64,000 nt of DNA, taken from the NCBI GenBank assembly GCA_030265395.1, contig JARFYF010000029.1:30207414-30271413 (forward strand), read 5' to 3'. The notes beneath the pieces are model-generated. The model worked only from the letters and a program-made list of their open reading frames with translations. It was not told the origin of the DNA and made no database searches. This document shows, piece after piece, positions 25,191 to 39,419 of the stretch. The translations under genes were made by a program, and so were the position numbers. Positions within the stretch are counted from its first letter, which is position 1, and each line of letters begins with the position of its first letter. Source of the DNA: Rhina ancylostomus (Eukaryota).

Positions 25191-28100
25191 AAAAAGAATC
25201 AGGGTGAAATTGGTATTCCAAAGCAATGCAAAACAATGATAGAGAACTGGCAACCCATTTTATAACATGCTGGATGCACCTTTCCATCGGCTTGCCTGAC
25301 GATCATCGCTCTGAATTTTTCCCTCCAACTCTTTCTTTTTGAAATTTCTTCTCCCCTCAAATTATTAATCAATTCTCTTCTTTTCCATGGTTGGGTATGA
25401 GTCTGTAACAACTGATGTGGATATTCTGAGGCTTATTGCAATGTAACTGTAGTTTAGCCTTTCTTGTGTAGCACCCTGCTTGCTTAGGGTACCATAGACT
25501 GACGTACATTACAAAAGCTGATTCTGATCTTTTTCTGTATCATTATGCATATAGAATAAACCTCGTGGTAAAATTGAATGTTAGCAAAAAAAGCAACCAT
25601 GGAAATTTTTCTTTTTCTAGGAAGGGTAATTTTGGAACACTTGGTTCAGAAATTGAACCTGGGAATCCAGCTAGGAGATGAGGTAACCTCTCCAAGTAGC
25701 CTTACTTTAGTTGTGACCTTGACTTTGTGTATCACGGCATAATCATTTATGGGATGGCCTCTGTAGTTGAGCCCAATCTTTTCCTCATCCAGCACCAATG
25801 TATGTGGATTTGCAGTTGGGTTATTGGATAGCAAAGCATGAGAATCTCATTTTACATTTTCCTCCCTAATTCAAGCATCCTGGATGAGATCAACTAATTC
25901 AACACAGAGCTGGAATTGAATCTGGGTTACATGAGTCAGCTTTTCATCAAATAAACTTGCCAAGCCTTTGGAAGATTGAACAAATCCTTGTCTATCTGAA
26001 AACTATTTCAATTCACACAGGCAATCCATAATAATACAAACAGAAGAAATGTTTAATTCCTGGATTTTTATCTAAAAAAAAGTCAAAAACTGGTCAATGA
26101 CTCACTGGAATCTTGTCCTGGATTTCAGCAGGACAATTGTAATCAAAACAATCAATAAATCATGCAACACACTGACTATGGATAGCACCAAAGCACACTA
26201 ATTTAAGCAGCACATGGTATTTTATCAAACTCCAAACATATGGGTAAATGATATTTCTCATCAAAGTAAAATATGCCACACTAAACTCCCATATTTTTCT
26301 GTAAGTGCTTTCCAATGTGTTTTGCAAAAATGTTGTAGGACATTCAAGGAATAATTAAAGCAGGCAGCCAGACTTTCGAGAAGTTGTCACTGTTTTAATG
26401 CACGTTGCGTAACACTTAATTAAAAGGAATAACTGAATAAATGTAAAGTCTTTACAATCTGCCATGGTTCAATTTAAACCAGGATCACAAAATGTCTGGA
26501 ATTCCACTGTATCCCAAATTTCACCCCCAAAAAGATATCCAATAGCATTTTCTTATTAATTGCTAAATGGGCCAATATACCAGTAATTCTATACCCCTTT
26601 CCTCTTCTGTGAATGAGTGATGAAAACCTGATGGATCAGCCTTCAAGCAAATAACCACTGAATAGAAAGAATTAAAGAAAAAAACACAACCATACAGTAT
26701 CGAGATAGAGACAAATATCGCTTAATCTACAGCTGTTTTACACATTGTCCATAATGAGAACTGTAATGATGAAAAGTGGGAAGCACTTCTTGAAAGTCAG
26801 AAAAAAAAAGTCACTGCAGTCAGTTTTAGAAAGAGATCAATTTTCTTGAAAACCAGGAGTTGGTAAGTGACCCAGCCATCCAGGTATCACGTGCAAGCCA
26901 AAAGAACATGGTCATTTAGAAGTAACTGCTTCAAGGAATTCAGCTAAAACTACAAAGACATGAAATTCCGTCAGACACAGGAAATTCTTCAGGGAATAAA
27001 GGAATTCTATGACTCAGAAGATGAAAATCCTCATGAATACTTACTAAATTATTGTAATGAAGTATTGTCACCATGAACATTGTTGGGTAAATTTATACTC
27101 TTTGCAGCAGGGCTTTAAAAAAACAGGAAATTGGACAAATCCGAGCCACATTACATTTTTAGCTGTTTGGGTGGAATTATCGTGTTAGTTGCTATGCAGA
27201 TATGTAGAGAAAACTCTTTTTCTCCCCATTGTGTAAGGGGCATTTTTGCAAAAAATGAGCTATAATTCTGCTAATGTGCTTATAAAACTTATGTAAAGAT
27301 CTTGCTTATTGCTTCACCAAATTGTTTTGTTATTGAAGGAGACTACTTGCAGACAGAAAAACATTTCTGTGGCAAAAATGAAACAAAAGTTTGAGGTAGA
27401 TGTGATTCAGCATGTGCTTTCTCTTTTGCAATTACTCCATGCGAGTTGTGAAATCAGAACCAAGTACATCAAGTACATGAGGAGAAGCAAGTAACTAATG
27501 CCATACGCTGCTAGAGAAATAAATATTCAGGACTGGGTTATTTTTGTGTAAAGTCAGACACAAGTGGCTAAACAGAACTAAACATAGCCTGGTGGGTGAT
27601 TACTGTGTATGCTAGTTTATGAGATAAAAAACAGGACTCACAAAAAAACCTGATTCGAACAAAGCTGTGATTAGTCTACTGGAAGTTTTCAAGCTCACCA
27701 CACATCAGTTGTATCCTTCTAATTTAGTGCAATAGTGAACTCCACTTAAAATAGTAAATATTTATGTTAAAAATACAACATAATGTGTGATGTTACCGAA
27801 CTGTCAAAAGTACTGTGACCAACAGCAGCTGGGAGAGAAGTGTTCAGTTCACTCTGCAATTATGCAGAGCTCAGGGATTACACACCCTACAATCAATAAC
27901 TAAAAGCTTAACTGGCAGGGCTGGGAGAAAAGCTGACAGTTAAAACGTATGATATCGTAAGCTATCTGGAACAGAAAACAAAAATAGAGAACCAAACAAT
28001 GCTGTTCCTTATGCATCTCTTATGCACTAAACATACCATAGTTCTCAATAATATGAAGAGAAATGGAACCAATTTTGTAATATTCAGCATGCCTACACAC

Positions 28101-29009
28101 CAACTCTAAAACAAGTACATAGCGACAAACATTATTCATCTGTTTCAATGCTGATGCTCCAAGATGGATGTGTGTGGGATACTAAACTTTCACCTGTCTT
28201 CAAGCCAAATCAATTCCTTTCACAGCTTAATAATTGTCTGTACTTCCTCCATGCTAAATGCTACTGTGTCAATTGTCCACAACTGTCATATATTAAGGCC
28301 CCCTTTTTTGTAAAATAACTTCAAGCTGGAGTATTCCCTTTGATTTTGGTCTTCAAGGGCTACAATTGGAAACATAATCATGACAGTTTTACCTCTAAAG
28401 CATTCGGAACTACATGATAGTGAGGAGGTATTTCAATTTTTATTTCTGTGGATTTTGAAAAATGATTAAAGAGGCCTAGAAACCATTTACTCCAGCTGTT
28501 TTCAAGAATAAATGGCAAACTACCTCAGATAAAGGGACTTGGCTCTGCAGTGATCTTACAAATTGCAAACTACAAGGCCATTTCACAGGAGAATAATATT
28601 TGGAAATGGCCATATTTTGAACTTTCTCTCATTGTGAAATTGTTCTCCACAATATTGTAATTAATCTGAAATATATTTACAATGTCTTGCAGATATCTGT
28701 GTTATTGTTTATAGTGAATCAGAGCTTTTATATGAACAGGGAGACTGATTTATTAGCATTCAGGCAGCTCTAAGATCGGAAATAATTGGGAAGAGGAAAT
28801 AGGGTCTGATGCTGCTTTGGATGCTCAGTGCTTAGAGTGGATAGGGGGGAAGGACATCCTCTTCCTCCCCAGAGGCAGAAAGCCCTCCAGGGATCAATTG
28901 AGAAGAGAGTGGGAAGAAGTCATGGAGCACATTAATGCCAGGAGTTTAACGTGCTAGGCTCCAATGTTGGAAAATTTCAATGGCCTCAATAGGTAAGAAT
29001 AGTATTGTC

Positions 29010-29281
29010 AGAAAAACAGAAAATGCTGGAAATACTCAGTGGNNNNNNNNNNNNNNNNNNNNNNNNNNNNNNNNNNNNNNNNNNNNNNNNNNNNNNNNNN
29101 NNNNNNNNNNNNNNNNNNNNNNNNNNNNNNNNNNNNNNNNNNNNNNNNNNNNNNNNNNNAGGTGATAGATCACAAATTTGAAACATTAACTCCACTTTTT
29201 AACTCCATGGATGTTGATTACCCAGTGAATATTTACAGCATTTGCGGTTGTTATTTCAGATTTTTTTTGCATCTGCAGTAC
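29010..29281. mobile_element. Probable palindromic Penelope-LTR-derived element spanning an assembly gap
   Basis: Left arm aaaacagaaaatgctggaaatactcag before the gap; after the gap tgaaacattaactc...cagcattt..ttatttcagatt...gcatctgcag (opposite orientation). Confidence 0.6.
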
Positions 29282-30359
29282 CTTGGCTTTGCGGTGGCAG
29301 TCTTAATACTCTCCTATTGCATCATCATTAGCCACAATTTCATGACTCACTTGATAAGCCTTCTGAACTCTTCATTCTCACACTGTTACTGCACGTCTCA
29401 CACACAACTTGCATCTGTTATGTGATAGTTATTCTAAACATCATGGCCAGGTGCTCTAAACACCTCAAAAGATTCCCATAATCTACAGCCCATCTTTCCT
29501 GCAGGTGTTCACACATAATGGGAGATGACTGCAGCAACTGGCAATGCTGAATTAAACGACTGCAATTGTCCTGTAAAAAACAGCATGATCCCCTTAAATG
29601 GTGCTGATGAAAGCTTCTTATTGTCAGTTAAACCATGTTATTCAGTTCCATACATTGTGAATAGTGCACTGGCCCAAATGCAATAATGAAAGCAGTTCCT
29701 ACTTTCCTATTTTCATCAACTGGGATGTCATCTTGGCTTCTCTCTGCTCAGAAGGTGCATGACCTGCTGAGTATCTCCTGCATTTTCTGTTTTTACTACA
29801 AGAGAACTCAAATGCAAGTAAAATATTCAACTACTTGAATAATCTGGACACACAATGTTGATCACTTTCAGTACATAACAATTAAACTCTGTCTACCATT
29901 CTGGAATACAAGGAGATTATTTCAAGCCCTAGAAATGATGCTGTATGGTCAAATTTCAAGGCATTCACCTTCCATGGGCATTTACAGACTCAGTTTGAAT
30001 AAACCAGAAGCATTTTAACCACTGAGGATTTGAATTTCTTTGTGGCTTTAAAGTACTCTACTACTAACTTAAATAAGGTACACTCAATACTATCCCTATG
30101 TTTTCCTAAACCATTTAAGTCATAGAAAATCTTGGGTTCAAATTACTGATTCCAAACTGCACAGCAATACATACGTGTATATACAGCAGTATGAACAATG
30201 GGAAAAGATTCAGTTGGCATTCCTTCTATTAACCACAGTGCTGTCAGAGAATGCAAAATGTGTGCTCATTAACCAGGACAAAACATGACTGTGATGCCCA
30301 CAAATGATGGATTAATGGGCCAGTAACAGGAATAATGTCATATGAATGCTTTTCCAGTA

Positions 30360-30935
30360 AAAGTGTAGTAACAAGACAAGACAAGAAGAGGGAGGTAAGT
30401 GGGAAAATGGGCACTTACAGCAGAAAAGCCCAGTTCTGATCCAGACAGAGAAAGCAGGTTACCTGAAATTGATAAGTTCAGGTAAATAGCTGTCTGTCTG
30501 TAGCACANNNNNNNNCAACTAGCCACTTCCATCAGCAGCACTGACTCAGTATTTTCTCTGTCCATTACACAGCCTGGCCTGCTGCACATGAGCCATTGCC
30601 CTCCATTTCACATCTTTGAATAGTCCTTTGTTTGTGTTCTCACTTTCTAAGTGCCCTATTCTCATAGATTTTGTTCTTTTCTCCCCCTCTTTCCAACTGC
30701 CCTCATTAACCCATTTATCCCTAGAGCAACCCTGACATCATCCTATCAGAAATATTCCCTTTGTCCTATCCATCCTCTCCCACATTCTCTGCAACTTAAA
30801 ACTAACTTTTTTCTCCTTTTCCCAGTTCTGACAAAGTGTCTTCAACCTGAAACATTAACTCTGTCTCTCCAGAGGCTGTCTGACCTGCTGAGAGTTCCCA
30901 GCATTTTCTAGTGTGCATCTGCAGTTTTTATTTTG
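30360..30935. mobile_element. Penelope-like fragments in opposite orientations; plus-strand part ends in a hammerhead motif
   Basis: 30360-30485 is purine-rich and ends ttacctgaaattg (reverse PLE ORF end). 30600-30935 is CT-rich, then AGTT-CTGACAA-AGTGTCTTCAACCT-GAAAC-ATT-AACT (30824-30860) and gctgtctgacctgctgagagttcccagcattttc. Confidence 0.65.
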
Positions 30936-31169
30936 GTGTCCTCCAACACAAAACTCTCTACCTATGTACATATGATTTAAGTACCACATGATGACACCAC
31001 TATCCCCTGACCACATGACATTTACATAACAATATACAATTACACCACACTGCTTTCATTTTTTGAAGAAAACAATTGTGAACACTTTTCAGTTACACGT
31101 TGAAATTAGAGGCTCATTCTGTTTACTTGCTCCCTCAAATCAGTTTCATTTATTCAGTTAGAAATGAAA

Positions 31170-31262
31170 ATAATAAAAACTGTAGATGCTGGAAATTTGA
31201 AATAAGAACAAAAATTGCTGGAAGCTCTTGAAGGGTCATCAACTGGAAACATTGACTGTTAT
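31170..31262. mobile_element. Internally deleted palindromic Penelope-LTR fragment
   Basis: actgtagatgctggaaatttgaaataagaacaaaaattgctggaa joined to tgaagggtcatcaactggaaacattgactg (hammerhead remnant on the opposite-sense arm). Confidence 0.55.
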
Positions 31263-34234
31263 TACTGTTGTCCCACTGGAAGTAGAATGATACAGAGGAA
31301 TCAATGCTTGAACTGCATCCTTCATCTTTTAGAGAACTTGTCTCCAAATGCACGATTAAAAATTCTCCAAAGTTACAATACCTCGATAGGGCCTTTGAAC
31401 ATTACAAGGTCATCACTCATGGTTTCTCATAGTTCCTGACTACATGTGCCCAATTTATAGCACTCCACAATCTCCAATGCCTTAGGGTTGAAATATTCTT
31501 CCAATTTCTGATCTACCAATTCAGATGAGACATCTATAACTTTCTGCAGAGCTACTGAATTGGTGAGGGTGTGATACACTTTTGAGCCAATTTCCATGGG
31601 TCTATTACTTTATTCTCCATCACTGCAGTATCCAATGGTGTCACATTTTCAGCAATGTTTTCTGGCTCAAAAATATGAGTAGCATGGGAAAGCATTTGCC
31701 TTCTCTGAACGATGGATGTGAATGATTGACCCACTTTGCTAGACACCCTCACCCTCAAGCCTGCTTTTCTTGAGCTGCCATTTTCTTTCTTTACCTGTCA
31801 AAATGATACTGCGGTATTTAAAATTCCTGTGTAGTTCACTCTCTGATTGTTCCACTATTTGCAAACTTACAATTTCTTCCTTGCTTTAATTCTGCTTAAA
31901 AAAAAGCAGTTGCTGCACCTTTAAGATTGAATGCTGCCATCCAATTATCAAACAGAACAATTTGAAGTTCTCCCTATTTGCTTTTGCGTTGATCCCTGGG
32001 ACTGGTGCAAAATGGACATAGCTTGCCTTTGGGAGACTAAACATTCAGGGCTCATTTTTTGTTGTTTTTTCTTGCAACCCTGGAATTTTCACAGGATCAA
32101 TGAAGTAAGAATGCTGCTCTTAAAGGCATAGCATTGATTTCTTTTTATATTTTGTTTTAACTTCCCAATCTTCATTGCCAGTTTTAATGCATCTTAAGTG
32201 GTTCTTGGATACTGTTGGGGTTTGTAGTATGTTCTACTTGCAATAATAGTCAAGGGGCTTTGAACAAGGGTCTTTAGTCCAATTTTAACAGAAAGAAACT
32301 TACTGCACCTGGCACTTACATCATTTAAGTGATGACATGATGAGTGTACTAATTCCTGACCAACTTTCTCCCTACATCTGCCCAAAATTCAGGATGTCAA
32401 ATCTCCAAATTCTGCTCAGTGAATCAAAAATGCCAGCAGTTAAGATCAGGAAGCTAGTAAGGCTGAAATGCATGCAAATCTGGATTAAAAGGCCATAGAA
32501 CATCTGCAGTAACTCTGTTATTTGATGGCTTTTTGATGCATCCTGTTTTAAATAACAAGTTAACGAAAACTGTACCAGATCAATATTTCTCACAATGAGA
32601 GATTAAAACAATGCACACATATTTTTTCCATCCACTTATTAATGCATTCAAAGATGAGTGTTCATTCTTAGAACAAAGGCTTTAGATTTTTTTTGTTTGA
32701 GGAAAAATATTCAGAACAAAATGTACTCTTCTAAAGTTCTTTTAAATGCCACAAAGCAAAAAGTAAAATCACTTATTAAGTTCTTTAAATGCAACAGCTT
32801 TGCTGCCTCTGTTCAATTCTCACCTTAAATATAAACATGAGTTCCAAACCAAATATTGCCTACCACACAATTTTATCTTTCAGCCACTCAAACATGAACC
32901 ATGAGGAATTAAGATATTGCAGCCTAAGTGGGCTTGACTCATTTACATCCTACTTCCTGATAGTTGGCTAGTGATAAAAGAAGGATCCTCAAGTTCCTGG
33001 AGTCATCTTTTTAAAATGCTTCACTGAGTTTATAACGCTGAGCTACCTGCAATCCTGTTCAGTAATTTTTTTAAAAATTAATAACTACTTATTGGATAAT
33101 TGGCAGAAAACATACACACATAAACATTTCATCCAGTATTGGAAGTGATGGAGCATTCCTTTTCCCCATAACTTCCAACATAAAAATAAGCCTCTCTCAT
33201 CAAATTTGTAGTTTTGTATTGCTTGGGTTTTCCTACAAAACAGTGGTGTTGCAAAATTTGGCTGCATCATGCTTGTATTTTGCATACAGTGACATCTGGC
33301 ATTTAAGCACACATATGTACTACAGATCATTCTGTCCATTATTAAGGAGGAATGCCAGCACTTTTAATACTTTTGCTTACTGGGAGAAGGTGGAGAGTTC
33401 ATGATCTTATTTAGCATGCATTACTGACCTAATTCCACTGTTACCCAAATGGAGCCCAACAATGTGATGTGTTCAACAGTCACAGAAGAGCAAATGCTCA
33501 GCAGTAGGACTACCCCACCTGTGCTAGTTAAAGGGATCAAGTACTTTCAGAAATAACTCCTGACTGATTTCATCAGTGTTGCTCTAAAACAACTCATATT
33601 CAATGTTGCTGGACTTCTTCAGAAATCTAAAGCCAGAAGGATGGTGCTGTACTAGGACCTGATGGAATTTGTCATGATTTCAAGGCATCTGCAATAATTT
33701 TTGCTCCCAGATGTGGGTGTTCTAGTGACCCTTTCTACAGGGACATTCAAATGAGCAGAAGGTACACAGAGTAGGACAAACTGCAGGGAAGTGGGGTGGG
33801 TACGCATTGGTGAAGGGAAGTATATTAGATCTTTAGGGTACAATTCTCACGGGTTAACCTCAGCAAACAGCAATGCAAGAAGCATCAGCAGTTCTATAAG
33901 GGAGTTCTCACTGAGAGAAGCTACTTGCTGCACTACAATGAAAAAAAGCCTTGCCAGTGAATGTTAAAATCAGTGGTCAATAAACTCATGTTTTGGACTG
34001 GTTTTGACTGGAAATGCAGTTATACAGGATTGCTCAAGAGAGGTCACAGACTTTTTCCATTCAAAGAGAGCCAAAAATGTATCAATCTCCCTTGACAGAG
34101 ATTATAGACAGAGGAAGGCTCATGGTTTCATGAGGACTGCAGGTATCTCCATGTTACAAAGTACCTCAGACTGCAGTCATTGCACTGTCATCTCAGGTGT
34201 TCTGCAAAAAAAAATCAGAAAAACCCGAGATACT

Positions 34235-34330
34235 CAAGTCTGAAACAAAACAGAAAATGCTGGAAACACTCAGCATCTGTAAGAAGAGAAACAAAGCTAA
34301 CATTTCAGGTCAAAGACCCTTCATCAAAAC
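34235..34330 (-). mobile_element. Penelope-like terminal repeat with near-intact hammerhead core
   Basis: Minus strand reads GTT-TTGATGA-A-GGGTC-TTT-GACCT-GAAAT-GTT-AGCT followed by the family arm. Confidence 0.7.
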
Positions 34331-34414
34331 CCTTTTTCTACATCCACAGTAATATTCCACATTCCAACTGATGTGCTATCATTACCCAATAATGCATGCC
34401 AGCAGCTCTATTTC

Positions 34415-34932
34415 TATAGGAGTTTGAGGAGATTTGGTATGTCACCAAAGACTTTTACAAATTTCTATAGATGTTGTACAGTGGAGAACATTCTGACTAG
34501 TTGCATCACAGACCTGGTATAGACCCTCCAATGCACAGGATCATAAGAGGCCGCAGAGGGTTATAATCTCAGCCAGCTTCATCATGGGCACAACCTACCC
34601 CACCATCAAAGATATCTTCAAGATGCGGTGCCTTAAGAAAGCAGCATCCATCATTAAGGACCATCTGGGATATGTCCTCGTCTCATTACTACCATCAGGG
34701 AGGAGGTACAGGAGCCTGAAGATCCACACTCAACAATTCAGGAACATCTTCCTCTCTGCCATCAGATTTCTGAATGATCTATGAACCCCTGGGCACTACC
34801 TTATTATTCCTTGCTCTTTGCACTATTTAGTTATTTTTGTAGATTACAGATTTTTATGTCTTTGCACTGTACTGCTGCCTCAAAACAACAGATTTCACGT
34901 CATGTGTCAGCGATGATAAATCTGATTCTGAA
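34415..34932 (+). mobile_element. Rex1/Babar-clade LINE 3' end
   Basis: RSLRRFGMSPKTFTNFYRC..VENILTSCIT and ORF 34584-34784 ..RCLKKAASIIKD..LLPSGRRYRSLKIHTQQFRNIF.SAIRFLN, the Rex1 C-terminal signature; tail ...gatgataaatctgattctga. Confidence 0.88.
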
Positions 34933-37619
34933 TATATCTTGCTACTCAATGCTCAGTATCATGGTGCCTTTATTTTAAGGCCTCCCATTATGCTGCTTAT
35001 ATTTGAGCCCCTCTGACAAATGAAAGAGTAACCAGAGGTTGGCAGGGCTTTCTGCCTATCGCATACCAGGTGAGCAACCCACAATGATGACCTGCATATG
35101 ACGAAAAGCATGCTGCCACCTTCGGTCTGGTGAGCTGGACCACTGAGTGCTCAAACAATATCTTGCTGCTCAGATTGTTATGAGTTGGCCCTGGTGTACT
35201 AGCAGTGAAAGGTCATAAAATTCACTGATGGACATTGCATAACCAGAAAAGCTCAGTCCTTGCCACCAGCTATACATGGAACCACCGTGGAACAAGGGGG
35301 AAGGAAGAAGAAAACCTGGTTCGCTCCATTCAGGTTGTGCTGCCTACAACCACTGTATCAGACTACACTACCAATAAACAGAATCCTAGTTCCCCACTCA
35401 CAGATATTGTCTTAACTCTCTGACAGCAAGCATTTTATCTTAAGGCATATTAATTATTTATCTTGTAAGAGTGTTGCCTTCCTGCCAGCTCTGTTTAGTG
35501 AAATTTTGAAGCATATATCCATTTTAAAAGTATCATGTTTATTCAGTAGAAGTGACCATCTAAATGAAAGCAGGAATCAATTAAATTAGGGTCAAAAGGT
35601 AGGAGGATTTTTGCAAAATTGGACTGCAACAACAAAAATGCTAACACCTCTATAACTAAATAAGCAAAAATATTATGTATGTATCTGAAGTCTGCAACGA
35701 GATGTGGATGAGTCATACTCCTCAATCCCTCTGAAGCAGGAATGCCCAACTGAAGACCTACCAAGAACGGCTAAAAATGAGTTCACCTTTGATAGAGAGC
35801 AGCAAGCTGAACAAGGCTCGTGGGTTCACTGACATCAAAATCATTATGGAGATAGTTCCTCTGAGGAGTTCCCCCTGCACAGACAGTGTTGTGGATTGGT
35901 TTTTACAAGGACTCATGTTGATATTACCTTACACATGTTTGGTGGTATATCTTACCTTTGAACACAATAATTAGTAATATCTGTAGGAATAGTGGCCTTT
36001 AAAAAGAAGTTTAACTCCTGCTGGATGTTCATCTCTTCCCATACTTGTACTATTACATCTTTCATGGCCCCAACCTGCACAATGACGTAAGGGCTGCAGG
36101 TTACATGTCAATTAGCATGTTAGTTTAACTGGGCATTCCAGAATTTAATGTGTGCAAAGGGGGAAAATATGACAATGGGCACCTCTTCTGCAGAAAATGC
36201 TTGTACATGAAAATCCCAAAGCAGTGGCCAGTTTAGCACATTTTTGAGCTCCTGAATTTTAGCCCATTGATTTCAAACATAAAAAAGGGGATTTTATGAT
36301 TTTCAATCAATCACTTCTAATTCATTCATTAAAGTACAAAGTCAAATTATCATCTTGAAATGAAGTTGCTGCAGGACATGGCCTTTGATGTCCATATTTG
36401 CTTACTATTCATAAAAACAATATTTTTCTGATTTCTCCAATGCTCATTTGTCCTGGCTTCACTCATCTGTCCTCCTTATTACCTTTCTACTATGCCAGAT
36501 TCTTTCAATAACCTTTAAATCCTCGCCACTACCCCCTACCCCACCCCCATTTCTCATCACCAGTTATTGGAATGTGTAGCTATTTGTTATTGTCTAGGTT
36601 AACTCCAAATGCTTTTAAGACGACTGTTATCACTTCCTATTCCTCCAGTCCCTGGAACCCATTAATTTTACAATAGTCTTACATAAATAAACCATAATGT
36701 AGAAATATGTGATAACAGCAAGAGTTTTTTGTAAATATAACTTATTTTAAAAGGCCGATTGTGTTTTGTGCTGTACACAAAAAGTTGGTCTGGGAGGTCT
36801 TTATTACAGTAATGTTGGCAGAATTGACTACACAATTCTAAGCTGTGTATTTTTCTTAAAACAGCATCAGAACTTAGTAAAGAAACATACATTTAAATTG
36901 TTGTACAATAAAATATAAAAACAAATTTCAGAAAGAGCCAAACTGACAATTTATATATGAGAAGCTAAGTAATCTGTAACTTGAGCAGCGATGCCCGGGA
37001 TGCATTAGACTTCATTAATGCTTCTCCAAGTCAGTGGTTGCAATGCCTTGGAGATTTATCTGCTTTAAACGTCACATTCTAAAACAAAAATAATCCTTGC
37101 TATATTGCAGGGACAGAAGATTTTTAAAAGCCTTTGTATATGTAATTACTTTCTTTAACAATTTAAATTATTATTGGCTGTTAAAGTGCTCAGAAATTAG
37201 ACTGCTACTGTAGAAATGTGACTTGGAAGTATGATATTGTGATGCTTGTACCTTTTTCTGCATTGACAGAGCCAGGCCTCAAAGGCAAATGCACAGTATA
37301 TTTGCTTGACTCTCCAGTGCAATACTGAGCCCAGTAGGAAATCTAATTTGTTTTTGTTTTTGAATGATGCTTGTGATAATGTTGAACATGCAGCAAAACC
37401 ACTTTTTACTGGATCCAAAATTTGCATCCACAGTTGGACTTATAACCAATGTGTTGTTGCTTACAAGTAGCTACCAGAACTCTTCTGAAGGTTGGTTATC
37501 TGCAAGATTATTTTCTTCTTCTGTAAATGCTGTCTAGTTAAATGTACAGCACCAACAGAATGCTGTGTTTTATCCCATTTAATGATTTTTTGAGTTTAAA
37601 TGTGTTATAGGATGAGGGG

Positions 37620-38480
37620 AATTATTGCCCATCTGGACTAGGTGGTGAAGAGCCACTTCCTTGAACCATTGTAGCCCATTCGGTGAAGGTACTCTCTCTG
37701 TGCTTTTGGGGAGGGAATTTCAGGATTTAGACGCAATGGCAGTGAAGGATCAGTGGTATGATTCCAAGTCAGGATGGTGTGACCTGAAGCAGAACCTGCA
37801 GGTGTTCCCAGGCACCTGCTGCCCTCACTCTTCTAATGGTAGAAGTTATGGATTTAAGTAATATTGCTGGATTAGCCTTGCTGACTAATAGCTGGTCCAC
37901 ACTGAAGCCATATGGAGCTGAATTGGACAGGATGTCAATCAACCAAGTCACTTAGTCTGGGATAGTATTGAGCTTTGAGTATTGTTGGAGCTGCATGCAT
38001 CCACGGGAAGCATTCTGACTTGTACACTGCAACTAGCAATAAGACTTAGGGGAGTTAAAAACTGAACCATTCCCTCAGGATAGCAGACCTGCTCTGATAG
38101 CCAAGGTCCTTATCAGTCTGGTCAATGGTCAACACTCCTGCCCACCCCCAACCCCCCTCCCCCACCCCACCACAATCTCTCACCTCCCTCCAAAGATGGT
38201 GATGGTGTAAAATTTGGTAATGTTAATGCTATTGAATGTGAAGGAAAAGTGGTCAGATGGCTATTGCCTGGCACTTCTGTGGCGTGAATATTACCTGCCA
38301 CTTATCAGTCTATACTTAATATTGCTCAGCCTTGCTGCTTGAAGTCCTGAGGTCACGGGTTGCTTCATTTTCCAAGGAGTGATGAATGACATTGAATGAT
38401 GCATGACCAGTAATCGTCTCCATGTCTGACTAAGGATGGAGGGAAATCCATTTATGAAACAGCCAAGGATGGTTGGACTG
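37620..38480 (-). mobile_element. CR1/L2-group LINE 3' region (same family as 22120-22335), interrupted by a C-rich tract at ~38138-38191
   Basis: Reverse complement of the 22.1-kb tail, then ttgcctggcact...atattacctgccacttatcag (reverse W.DKWQV.F). Confidence 0.75.
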
Positions 38481-39419
38481 AGGATATTTGTGGAAGAAAT
38501 GCAAAATTATTAGCTACATTGCACTTAGATTCAGATGACTTAGTACAAATATAAGCATACTACAGTTAGTAGTTAACTAGAAGAACCAACCATAAAATAT
38601 CTTATCCATTCCATAGAAGCTTCGTAAGTCCTATCTGGGGTGGAAGTTGGATGTTATAACTGCTTCAGCTTTCCTGAACTAAAGTAGTGAAAAATATTTG
38701 GCTAGGATTTCTAATTTTAATATAATCCAGTGACTGTGATCGAGAATGTGTACTCATCAAGCAAGAAGCCGCATCGGCTGAGTGGAAAAGTAGAATTAGA
38801 GGAAAGTGCATATTTTCCTTTGCCAGGTTAAATGTCCCAGTTCTGCTCCTCCTCCCCATCTCAATGTTGTTGACTATTTACACAGACGGTTCCACCTACG
38901 CTGTTAAACCCAGATACAAGTGTGGATAAGCTCATTGATCACAAGGGAAATTGTAACCAAGTTCAGTGGATTTCCTCCCATATGCGCTTTCCTAGGAGGT
39001 TGCTATAATCAAGTGCATGAGGTCTGGATGATTTCCTCTTCCAGAAATATAGAAGTAAGGCTCCTACTACCAAGACAGCTTAACGCTGACAGGGATGAAA
39101 TTTACTCATTTAAAAAAAATTCTCTGACTTAACACACCTAACCCCCACCGACCCCCCCCCAAAAATCTGTATTATATACAAGACGATCAGAGCATTTCTC
39201 CTGTTTTGATTCCAAATTCGCTACATCATTAAAAAGTGCATTAAACTAACAAATTGGAAAAGTACACTTAATGAATCAGGAAAAGCACTACACGATATTT
39301 TAATTATATTACATTGTAAGTGGTATTGATGGATGCATTAAATAGAAAAAGTTATTAATAAATTAAACAAATGGACAAAACAAATAACAAATAGATTAAA
39401 ATTACAGATAACAAAATGG

